Shown here: positions 12,695 to 23,804 of the stretch, one piece after another
Layout: each line of letters opens with the position of its first letter
Numbering within the stretch: the first letter of the stretch is position 1
Assembly (NCBI GenBank): GCA_002269645.1
Contig: NIVC01000015.1
Location: 9,438 to 73,437, forward strand
Reading direction: 5' to 3'
DNA: 64,000 nucleotides
Origin: Macrostomum lignano
Lineage: Eukaryota
Program-made: the position numbers and the translations under genes
The notes under the pieces: generated by a model
Seen by the model: only the letters and a program-made list of their open reading frames with translations
Database searches by the model: none
What the model was told of the DNA's origin: nothing

Positions 12695-13623
12695 TTAACT
12701 GATACTCCGATTTTATATGAAAATAAACCAACTACCCGTCCAAATTAAAATGTTTACAGATCCCATGCATGAATTGGAATCCCACACAGCTATTCAATCC
12801 AAGCAATAAAAGCGTCGGATTCCATAATGCCCAGATCAGTTACCAATTTTCCGATCTAAATTAATCAGCCCCAACAGCCACAGACAATTTTAAAAGCGGC
12901 AAAAACTTCACAGAGAAAATTTCCCATGCAGAGCTGTGAAAAAACCATAATCAAAAGAGCCTTAGAAATGCCTCTCACACAGGTTTTTAGTAAAAGAGGA
13001 AAGAGCTCTTTGATGCACGATTTTGTTTAGCAGTCTCGAAAAAATCAGGACTCTGGAAACTTCCTGGCGACAGTACAGAAATTCACTTCCGCTTGGCTTG
13101 CTTCACCAGAAGAAAGGGGAGTGCTTATGGTTTCCATTGAAGTTTAAAAACTAATCCTAGAGATTATATTTGTACGAGCCCATAATTACTTGATTTTGCA
13201 TTAAAAAAAGACTATAAATTCCTCTGCACTACTACTTGAAGTAGGCGAGTTCAGACCTGCGAGAGATCGTTATTTCCTGCTTGATCGTTTTTCGTTGTCC
13301 CCAGCTTGAAAACAGCACTACAAGCATCGTTATCGTCATAGCTTCTAATATTTGTTAAAGTAAACAATCATGAAAATGGACAGATATTTTGTCCGATTTA
13401 AATTTAACAGGCACCACACCACAGGCTTGGCTAAGCACGAATTAAAACAAAGTCCAACTAATCCAGACATAATGCAGCTAACCAACAGATACTAACGTAT
13501 TTGAAAGTCGGCAGTCGAGTGCTGTATGGCCAGAGAAAAACGAACCAATTTGACCTGACTGGCACACGTTAAGAAACTAAGATCCAGCTTACATCCAAAT
13601 CAAGAAAACCGAAAACCCACACA

Positions 13624-15229
13624 ATGACTCGCTTTGACGACATCCTACCCGAGATCGGGGACCGCGGTCCCTACCAGGTCCTGCTCCTCATCCTCCTGTC
13701 CTTCGTCAAGTTCTTCCCCGCGTTCCAAACGGTCGCCGTCGTCTTCACGGCCGGCCGGATGGACTTCCAGTGCCTCGAATCCGGCAACGAGTCGTCGAGC
13801 TCCTGGCAGCAGCAGGTGGCGTCGAACTGAACTGAACCGGCTGCCGATCGCTGCTACAGACTCAACGGAAGCGAGGCCTGCACCGCCTGGGTGTTCAACA
13901 GCACCAGCGGACCGTTCGAGTCCAGTTGGAGGTCGCAGTTCTCGCTAGTGTGCAGCAGAGAGAAGCTGGTGAACCTGTGCAGCACGCTGTACATGCTGGG
14001 CCTGCTGATCGGCAGCACGGCCTACGGAGCTCTGTCCGATCACTGGGGCCGCCTGAGAGCCGCCTGCGCCGCCACCATAAATGTGTGGATCGCTGGCATC
14101 GCGCTCGCTTTCAGCCCCTCCGTGGAGGTGTACGCCGCGTTGCGCCTCCTCTGCGGCCTCGGCTCCAGTGGAATCCTCAGCGTGTGCAACGCCATGGTAG
14201 CCGAGTCGGTCACGCAGCGCGACCGCTTGGCCGCCGTCCTCCTCGGAACCAACGGCTGGAACATCGCGTTCTGCGTCTGCAGCATCATTGCCTTCAGCAT
14301 CCGCAGCCACTGGAAGCTCGAGCTCACGCTTGCTGGCCCCGCCATCCTGTCCATACCGCTGCTCTTGCTGCTCGGAGAGTCGCCTCGCTGGCTGCTCGCC
14401 AAAAACCGACCTTACGACGCCAACCGTGCCTGTCAGCAAATCGCCCGAATCAACTGCCGTCGGCCTCCCGCCTGCTTTGATGAGGATGCAGCGAGTGTGC
14501 TGCACCCTCATTGACCAGCAGGGCAGCCACCCAAATGCTGGACTCATCGATCTGCTCCGCTCGCCTACCATGCGTCTGACGACTCTGCTTCTGTGGAACA
14601 ATTTCCTCGCCTAATCCATGGTCTACCACGGCCTCATCCTGTCTACCGGCACCCTCTCCGGTAACATCCACCTCACCTTCCTGCTCGGCAGCGCCGTCGG
14701 AGTTCCAGCATCCGCCTTCTCCATCATCACCGCTCACTTCATCGGTCGACCGCTGCTATTCAATCTCGTGTACTTTCTGTCATCAGACTGCATGTTCGCC
14801 ATCGCCTTTCTGTTTGGCAATCCGAAATTCGGTACTTTAATTGTTGCTTTAGCCATCACGGGCACATTCTTTTCCACTTCATCGTTCGATACAAGCTGGG
14901 CCTACTCTGGAGAGCTGTTCCCCACCCTGTTGAGGAATGTCGGTATGGGCAGCTCCTCCACCGCTGCTCGAGTTGGCGGGATCCTCGCTCCACTTATCAA
15001 CATCCTTGGCGAGGTCTGGAAGCCGTTGCCGTTTATCATCTTCGCCTCCGTCAGCCTCTTGACGGCCTTCTTGGCGCTGCTCCTGCCCGAGACGAAGGGG
15101 GCTCACCTGCCCGAGTCGCTGAAGGACGCGGATAAAGAGTACATCAAGCCGAAGGTGCAACGCTTGTTTGAGAGCAACTGCGGTGGCTTGTCGGATGCCA
15201 GAGGCATGCAGTTGGAAGTAAAAATGTAA
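13624..15229 (+). pseudogene. SLC22 / MFS organic cation transporter-like pseudogene, intronless
   Basis: Motifs FDDILPEIGDRGPYQ, QFSLVC, DHWGR, ESPRWL, ELFPTLLRNVGMG, LPETKG. In-frame TGA at 13828-13830 (context N*T), +1 frameshift around 14480-14514, in-frame TAA at 14612-14614. Confidence 0.9.
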
Positions 15230-15624
15230 AAATATATCTGTTGAACTGGACTCCTCTCGATTTAAATTGAACTAATTTGATTAGCTAGGCTTTGTTTTAG
15301 GTTTTTAGGTGAGGGGTTCACTGGAGCCGAACGGGAAGACCCGCTGCTTTGACTCGCGCAGGATGTCTGCCGTGCTTCCAATGGCCTTGAATGTTTTGAG
15401 TACATTCGGTTTGCAGCTGGTGCTGCTGTCGATTAGCAGGTCTGTGGCGTGGTCGTTGATGTCCGCTTTAACGAGCGGTAGTTGCTTACGCTGTGGCGTA
15501 AGGCAGAACACCACACAGCTGCTGTCGCTCTCGCTGTTGCTGATCAATCGGCTGCTCCTCGGCAATGGTGTGCACCTTTCTGGAGCTCGCAGATTTGGAC
15601 AAGCACGCCTTCGCCGACGTTGTT

Positions 15625-16008
15625 GCAGAGAGGGTGGAGAGAGGGTTGAGAGTGGGTGGAGAGAGAGGGTGGAGAGTGGGTGGAGAGTGGGTGGAGAGAG
15701 GGTGGAGAGAGAGGTGGAGAGTGAGTGGAGAGTGAGTGGAGAGAGGCTGGAGAAAGAGGTGAAGAGAAGGTGGAGAGAGGGTGGAGATTGGGTGGAGAGT
15801 GGGTGGAGAGAGAGGGCGGAGAGAGAGGGTGAAGAGAGGGTGGAGAGAGGGTGGAGAGAGGTGGAGAGAGGGTGGAGAGAGGTTGAAGAGAGAGGGTGGA
15901 GAGAGAGGGTGGAGAGAGGGTGGAGAGAGAGGGTGGAGAGAGAGGGTGGAGAGAGGGTGGAGAGAGGGTGGAGAGAGGGTGGAGAGAGAGGGTGGAGAGA
16001 GGGTGGAG
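15625..16008. repeat. Purine-rich GAGAGAGGGTG repeat
   Basis: Degenerate 11-13-bp units. Confidence 0.88.
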
Positions 16009-16489
16009 AGTTGCTAGTGCAGTGGCGGCCCCAGGCCAAATCTCACCAGACAGCAGGAGGAGCCGGAAAGCGCAGCCAGTCACGGACGCACCGTTTGAAA
16101 AAATAAATCAGTTGCTCACAGCGCGGCAGAGTTTGGGTGCAGCCGATGCCACTACTGCATGCCTGCGCACTGCAATCGACAGCTACATGCAAGGCGCCCT
16201 ACTGAAAACCGAATCAAGGCTTGGCGTTTACCATACTCAACCGTGCAGAGCTTCATTCATTGCTGATTTGCGATGTTTTGCAAGGCATGAATAATTAATT
16301 ATTGTGGCTGGTTACATCAAGGAAATGAAAATAATTGTTATTTTTTAGACTAGTTTGCAAAACTCTGGGAACTTTAAATTCTGAAAGACTAAAGTTCTTT
16401 ATGGCCTCTTTATGCCTTTGTGATTCACTTCAGCATTTGCGCTCGGATTAAAACACTATTTCTGCTTAAGTGCTGCTAATTCTCGGCAG

Positions 16490-17508
16490 ATCCCCCCATT
16501 TCTACTAATCCACACACCTCTCCTAATCCCCCCACTTCTCCTAATCCACAACACCTCTCCTAATCCCCCCACTTTTCTTAGTCACATACTTCTCCTACTC
16601 TCCACACCTCTCCTAATCCCCTTACCTTTCATAATCCCCTCACCTCTCCTAATCCCCTCACCTTTCCTAATCCCCTCACCTCTCCTAATCCCCTCACCTC
16701 TCCTAATCCCCTCACCTCTCCTAATCCCCTCACCCCTCCTAATCCCCTCACCTCTCCTAATCCCCTCACCTCTCCTAATCCCCTCACCTCTCCTAATCCC
16801 CTCACCCCTCCTAATTCCCTCACCTTTCCTAATCCCCTCACCTTTCCTAATCCCCTCACCTTTCCTAATCCCCTCACCTCTCCTAATCCCCTCACCTTTC
16901 CTAATCCCCTCACCTCTCCTAATGGCCCCTCACCTTTCCTATTCCCCTCACCTCTCCTAATCCCCTCACCTTTCCTAATCCCCTCACCTCTCCTAATCCC
17001 CACACTTCTCCTAATCCCCACACCTCTCCTAATCCCCACACTTCTCCTAATCCACACACCTCTCCTAATCCCCCCACTTCTCCTAATCCACACACCTCTC
17101 CTAATCCCCTCACCTCTCCTAATCCCCACACTTCTCCTAATCCACACACCTCTCCTAATCCCCCCACTTCTCCTAATCCACACACCTCTCCTAATCCCCC
17201 CACTTCTCCTAATCCACACACCTCTCCTAATCCCCCACTTTTCTTAATCACATACTTCTTCTAATCCCCCACTTTTCTTAATCACATACTTCTTCTAATC
17301 TCCACACCTCTCCTAATTCCCACACTTCTCCTAATCCCATACTTCTCCTAATCACATACTTCTCCTAATCCCCACACTTCTCCTAATCCCATACTTCTAA
17401 TCCCCACGCCTCTTCTAATTCCCATACCTCTCTTAATCCCCACACTTTTCTTAATCCTCACACTTCTTCGAATCCTCACACTTCTCCTAATCCCCACACC
17501 TCTTCCAA
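16490..17508. repeat. 19-20-bp minisatellite CCTCTCCTAATCCCCTCAC
   Basis: About 50 degenerate copies. Confidence 0.9.
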
Positions 17509-17914
17509 TCACGTGCAATCTGCTACTGCAATCTGCTACCTGCTACTGCTATAAAGAATCCTCACTATCTAGCTCATGTTTTTCTTCATCAGGACCCGGG
17601 CACCCCAGCTTCACCCGAACTCCAAACTGTTAAGGTGGAAGAAAAAATTAAGTCAGAAAAGCAGCTGCAATTTTTCTCCGTAGCTAATTGCTAAATACCT
17701 GCTTCCGAATCAGACACTCGTGAATAATTAATAATCAGGTCTGTCAGTTGTCACGCTAAACCAACTGCTGGATGTTGTGGGCTCTGAAATTTCAAATCCC
17801 AGAGACGGAGGAATGAGGTGGATCAAGTTTTTATCCCATCAGCGTCCTGGGCCGAATAACAAAATCCCATGCATCCCCTATAGGTAGAGTTGTTCTCTTC
17901 GGTAGTTTAGTGGG

Positions 17915-18860
17915 GCGGATTCACCAGGATCGGTAGTTTAGGGGGGGCGGATTCACCAGGATCGGTAGTTTGTAGGGGGCGGATTCACCAGGATCGGTAG
18001 TTTGTACGGGGCGGATTCACCAGGATCGGTAGTTTGTAGGGGGCGGATTCACCAGGATCGGTAGAGTTTAGGGGGTGGATTCACCAGGATCGGTAGTTTG
18101 TAGGGGGCGGATTCACCAGGATCGGTAGTTTAGGGGGCGGATTCACCAGGATCGGTAGTTTGTAGGGGCGGATTCACCAGGATCGGTAGTTTGTAGGGGG
18201 CGGATTCACCAGACTCGGTAGTTTGTAGGGGGCGGATTCACCAGGATCGGTAGTTTGGGGGGCGGATTCACCAGGATCGGTAGTTTGTAGGGGGCGGATT
18301 CACCAGGATCGGTAGTTTGTAGGGGGAGGATTCACCAGGATCGGTAGTTTAGGGGGCGGATTCACCAGGATCGGTAGTTTGTAGGGGGCGGATTCACCAG
18401 GATCGGTAGTTTGTAGGGGGCGGATTCACCAGGATCGGTAGTTTGGGGGGCGGATTCACCAGGATCGGTAGTTTGTAGGGGGCGGATTCACCAGGATCGG
18501 TAGTTTGTAGGGGGAGGATTCACCAGGATCGGTAGTTTGTAGGGGGCGGATTCACCAGGATCGGTAGTTTGTAGGGGGCGAATTCAACAGGATCGGTAGT
18601 TTGTAGGGGGCGGATTCACCAGGATCAGTAGTTTAGGGGCGGATTCACCAGGATCGGTAGTTTGTAGGGGGCGAATTCACCAGGATCGGTAGTTTGTAGG
18701 GGGCGGATTCACCAGGATCGGTAGTTTGTAGGGGCGGATTCACCAGGATCGGTAGTTTGTAGGGGGCGAATTCAACAGGATCGGTAGTTTGTAGGGGGCG
18801 GATTCACCAGGATCGGTAGTTTGTAGGGGGCGGATTCAACAGGATCGGTAGTTTAGGGGA
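17915..18860. repeat. About 31-bp minisatellite GGATTCACCAGGATCGGTAGTTTGTAGGGGGC
   Basis: About 30 tandem copies. Confidence 0.93.
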
Positions 18861-19187
18861 GTGGATTAGTTAGGATCGGTAGTGAAGAGATTAAGAAAGA
18901 CTAAAGAGATTAAGATTATGAGATTAAAAGATCCTCGAATTTATGAACTGAAGTGCGACTTCTCAGAAGTTTAGGAAGAATATTCATAGAAGAGGAATTA
19001 TTGTGGATCCCGGCTCGAGTCGGAGCCGCTCTCATTGGCTAGCGGGGCTGGCGACTTCCCCTTCCCGCGAATCCCGCTCAGGCCAAACCATCCCCACCAC
19101 CCCAATCTCTGGGCATAAATTTGAGAACTGGCCCAGAAAATCTCAAGCTCCTCTCCTGCTCACTGCTTCCCTTCATCAATCAATCTC

Positions 19188-22100
19188 ATGGACCAGTCAG
19201 ACCCATTGAGTTCAAGTGCTCTCATCGCCAGAAGCTGCCAGCTGTTGATGCAGCAGCAGTTGTCAGTACAAGGAACCGCGTTATCGAGCTCTTCGAGTGT
19301 TGCAGACTCTGCTTCCAGTTCTGCCGCGGCACTCCTGGAAGAAAATCTGCGCTTCTATCAGCAAGTTGCCGCCGCGGCTGCCTGGTGGCGCCACCAGCTG
19401 CAGCTCGCCGGCGCCGCGATTGGTGAGTTTCTTAGAAAATACGACCGGTTTCTTAGAAATTCGATCGGAAATAAATCCTTTTTCTTAAAAAGCCAAGTCG
19501 ACTTCTGAGCAAAAATGTTTTTGCCATTTTGTTTCTTGGAAAAATCAGTATTTTTTTAGAAAAGTTAGCGGGATTTTAAATATTCTTTCTTAGAATTCTG
19601 ATCTTAAAAAATGTTTTCTGTCTCTCGTTTCTCGGAAAGTTTTCTGCTTCTTATCTGTTTCTTAAAAACCTAAGTCGATTGTTATCTATAAATCTCTTGG
19701 AAAATAAATGCAGATTTGAATTGTTCTTTTTAAGAATTTTGTCAATTTCTTAAAATATACCAAACGGTTTGTCTCTTCAATCTGTGTGGGACATGACAAA
19801 GGAGCAAAGTTTACGCACGAATAACGATTCGAGCAAGAAGTTTTTTGTTATTAGAGAGGGAAGACACAAAAATAATTAACTCCAAGGACTGCTGTAGGAC
19901 GAACCTCTCCCTCGATGTCTCATGTACCAAATAGCAACAGATTTGAAAAAAATAATTTTTTAAACCAAGCTTTATTTAAAACCATCAGAGCAGAACTTGT
20001 GCTCAAGATGGGTGAAGAGATGCCGAGAACAGGGAGGGTTTCACAGACAGCAGCGTGTGGAGGGAGCCAGATGTCATTTCTGTATCCTTATGCCCGCTCA
20101 GAGTCATGTTTTATCATTAGACATCTCCAATGCTATCATTTGGTATCATTTTTTTCTCTCCAAAGAAGAAACAATCCCTTTGTTCGCTGATGCGAACTCG
20201 ATGACAGGGGGGGGGGGAGAGAAGGGACAGAGAAAGGCAGCCTGACTGTTGCTTGCAGCTGTTCAGTTCTGTAGCAATCAGCTTAGCAACTATATAAGAT
20301 TTCATTATTTCTACCGCCCATAAACAAAGCTATATTTGCACTGATATATATCCAGTGCATTGGCTGGAATTGATACCGATAGGTTTAAAAAGATCATCCT
20401 TAGCACTGTGTTGGGTGGCGCTTCTGTTCTGGGTGAATGGCGCTTCTGTTCTGAGTGAATTGCGCTTCTGTTCTGAGTAAATGGCGCTTCTGTTCTGGGT
20501 GAATGGCGCTTCTGTTCTGGGTGAATGGCGCTTCTGTTCTGAGTGAATTGCGCTTCTGTTCTGAGTAAATGGCGCTTCTGTTCTGGGTGAATGGCGCTTC
20601 TGTTCTGGGTGAATGGCGCTTCTGTTCTGGGTGAATGGCGCTTCTGTTCTGGGTGAATGGCGCTTCTGTTCTGAGTGAATTGCGCTTCTGTTCTGAGTAA
20701 ATGGCGCTTCTGTTCTGGGTGAATGGCGCTTCTGTTCTGGGTGAATGGCGCTTCTGTTCTGGGTGAATGGCGCTTCTGTTCTGAGTAAATGGCGCTTCTG
20801 TTCTGGGTGAATGGCGCTTCTGTTCTGGGTGAATGGCGCTTCTGTTCTGGGTGAATGGCGCTTCTGTTCTGGGTGAATGGCGCTTCTGTTCTGAGTAAAT
20901 GGCGCTTCTGTTCTGGGTGAATGGCGCTTCTGTTCTGGGTGAATGGCGCTTCTGTTCTGGGTGAATGGCGCTTCTGTTCTGGGTGAATGGCGCTTCTGTT
21001 CTGGGTGAATGGCGCTTCTGTTCTGGGTGAATGGCGCTTCTGTTCTGGGTGAATGGCGCTTCTGTTCTGGGTGAATGGCGCTTCTGTGCTGAGTGAATGG
21101 CGCTTCTGTTCTGAGTGAATGGCGCTTCTGTTCTGGGTGAATGGCGCTTCTGTTCTGGGTGAATGGCGCTTCTGTTCTGAGTGAATTGCGCTTCTGTTCT
21201 GAGTAAATGGCGCTTCTGTTCTGGGTGAATGGCGCTTCTGTTCTGGGTGAATGGCGCTTCTGTTCTGGGTGAATGGCGCTTCTGTTCTGGGTGAATGGCG
21301 CTTCTGTTCTGAGTGAATGGCGCTTCTGTTCTGGGTGAATGGCGCTTCTGTGCTGAGTGAATGGCGCTTCTGTTCTGGGTGAATGGCGCTTCTGTTCTGA
21401 GGGAATGGCGCTTCTGTTCTGGGTGAATGGCGCTTCTGTTCTGGGTGAATGGCGCTTCTGTTCTGGGTGAATGGCGCTTCTGTTCTGGGTGAATGGCGCT
21501 TCTGTTCTGGGTGAATGGCGCTTCTGTTCTGAGTGAATTGCGCTTCTGTTCTGGGTGAATGGCGCTTCTGTTCTGGGTGAATGGCGCTTCTGTTCTGGGT
21601 GAATGGCGCTTCTGTTCTGGGTGAATGGCGCTTCTGTTCTGGGTGAATGGCGCTTCTGTTCTGAGTGAATGGCGCTTCTGTTCTGGGTGAATGGCGCTTC
21701 TGTTCTGGGTGAATGGCGCTTCTGTTCTGGGTGAATGGCGCTTCTGTTCTGAGGGAATGGCGCTTCTGTTCTGGGTGAATGGCGCTTCTGTTCTGAGTGA
21801 ATGGCGCTTCTGTTCTGGGTGAATGGCGCTTCTGTTCTGAGTGAATTGCGCTTCTGTTCTGAGTAAATGGCGCTTCTGTTCTGGGTGAATGGCGCTTCTG
21901 TTCTGGGTGAATGGCGCTTCTGTTCTGGGTGAATGGCGCTTCTGTTCTGAGGGAATGGCGCTTCTGTTCTGGGTGAATGGCGCTTCTGTTCTGGGTGAAT
22001 GGCGCTTCTGTTCTGAGGGAATGGCGCTTCTGTTCTGGGTGAATGGCGCTTCTGTTCTGGGAGAATGGCGCTTCTGTTCTGGGTGAATGGCGCTTCTGTT

Positions 22101-23458
22101 CTGGGTGAATGGCGCTTCTGTTCTGGGTGAATGGCGCTTCTGTTCTGGGTGAATGGCGCTTCTGTGCTGAGTGGCGCTGTAATGTTAAACAAATCTGTAC
22201 TGTAAAACTACTCCCCGCAGGCTCTTATCCGATCGCAACGAAAGACTGGCAGACACCGCAGCTTCGGGCGCTTCAGCATCTGCCGCAGCCGCAGGCGCCG
22301 CCGCAGGAGCAGCCTCCGCCTTCATCAGCAGCGAAGGAGCTCCTGGCAGATGACGACAGCCAGCCGAGCTCCACAGTCAGGTACACCATCGACGCCTTTC
22401 TGGCTAGCGACGGTCGCTCCTCCCGACGTGTCGGCAGCGGCGCTGGGCGGCCGCCGAAGTCGCCGACAAAGGAGCGGAGCCGGGCCAGCCGGTTCGAATG
22501 CTCGGACTGCGGCCGGAGCTACGCCACCTCCAGCAACCTCAGCCGGCACCGCCAGACGCATCGGAGTCTCGACAGTCAGGGAGCTCGGCGCTGCCAGCAC
22601 TGCGGCAAGGCCTACGTGTCCATGCCGGCCCTGGCGATGCACCTGATGACGCACAGCCTGAAGCACCGCTGCCACGTGTGCGGCAAGTCCTTCAGCCGGC
22701 CCTGGTTACTGAGCGGCCACCTCAGGGCTCACACCGGTGAGGAGAGCAGCCCGGCCTGAATCTGTGTATCTATAGATCTAGACACTGTGTATCTATAGAT
22801 ATAGACACTGTGTATCTATAGATATAGACACTGTGTATCTATATATCTAGACACTGTGTATCTATAGATCTAGGCACTGTGTATCTATCGATCTAGACAC
22901 TATGCATCTATAGATCTAGACACTGTGTATCTATAGATCTAGACACTGTTTATCTATAGATCTAGATACACGATACCTGATACAGTGAATATATTTATCT
23001 AGCCATGTATATATAGATTTAGATACTATGCATCTATAGATCTAAATATTATAGACATGTATCGATATAGATCTATCAAACATCTATAGATCTATACAAT
23101 GTTTTTGAGCCTTAGACACGCCTTCGATCTATAGATCCATGGAAAGTGCATTCACAGATCCAGCTAGAGATAACTCTCTAGCGCTGAAATCCCTAGACAT
23201 CTCCAGACGCATCTACAGACCGTCTCGAACTCTCAACCAACAGGCGAAAAACCTTTCGGATGCGCGCACTGCGGTCGCGCATTCGCCGACCGGTCCAACC
23301 TGCGCGCGCACATGCAGACCCACACCGGTGAGAGGCAGCACCGGTGCCACAGGTGCGGCCGGGGCTTCGCACTGCGCGCCTATCTTAGCAAGCACCTGGA
23401 GTCCCGGGCCTGCTGCAGGGGCGAGGCTGAGAAAGCGATGAAAGTTGAAACAGTGTGA
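19188..23458 (+). CDS. scrt: Scratch (Snail superfamily) C2H2 zinc-finger transcription factor; exons 19188-19422, 22221-22736, 23244-23458 (about 321 aa; start uncertain)
   Basis: Scratch domain YTIDAFLASDGRSSRR and five fingers YATSSNLSRH, YVSMPALAMH, FSRPWLL, FADRSNLRAHMQTH, FALRAYLSKH. Both introns are phase 1 with G|GTGAG donors and CAG acceptors. Confidence 0.93.
20415..22170. repeat. 22-bp minisatellite AATGGCGCTTCTGTTCTGGGTG (scratch intron 1)
   Basis: About 80 copies ending about 50 nt before the acceptor. Confidence 0.95.
22760..23135. repeat. 23-bp palindrome-rich repeat TCTATAGATCTAGACACTGTGTA (scratch intron 2)
   Basis: Tandem, decaying copies containing TCTATAGA, AGATCT and TCTAGA palindromes. 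Confidence 0.85.
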
Positions 23459-23545
23459 CTTGGCAATGCCTGCTCCAAACTTTACCTGCTAATCGCTATT
23501 GCAATGTACATGTATCAAAGCCAAACCTGTTGTTTACTCTGGCAC

Positions 23546-23551
23546 AATAAA
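23546..23551 (+). promoter_or_regulatory. Candidate polyadenylation signal of scratch
   Basis: AATAAA about 90 nt after the stop codon. Confidence 0.45.
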
Positions 23552-23804
23552 CTTTTGAAAAAGCCATAGCGACTAAACTGATACGAGAGCGGCGTGCGTT
23601 TACAATTTTAATAATTTTTTTTTTATTCTCCTACTCCTAATGCAACGGGGGGTGCAGATATAAGGGGGGGGGGTATATATAAGCACAAATACTTCTCATG
23701 TGGGATTGAACCTCAGAATTGAGAATTTCTGCTACTGTGGTCGTTTGTCTATGCCAAATATTTTAATCCATTACTCTTGCCACTGTGAATTTCAACATTT
23801 CTCT

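Noticed and set aside
8904-12748. Several 100-290 aa repetitive ORFs
   Set aside because: All coincide with tandem arrays, are open in many frames and show no domain motifs.
12827-12859. MPRS start resembling a SNAG motif
   Set aside because: Continues VTNFPI* rather than FLVK, has no good donor, and is separated from scratch by the SLC22 pseudogene.
13828-13830. In-frame TGA as selenocysteine or readthrough
   Set aside because: The same gene also has a TAA and a frameshift; the context fits a Trp nonsense mutation.
16490-17508. Telomere-like CCTAA content
   Set aside because: CCTAATCCC is embedded in a 19-20-bp unit and is not a (CCCTAA)n tract.
20330-22192. 620-aa repetitive ORF on the minus strand
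   Set aside because: Translation of the 22-bp array in scratch intron 1; a unit length not divisible by 3 argues against coding.
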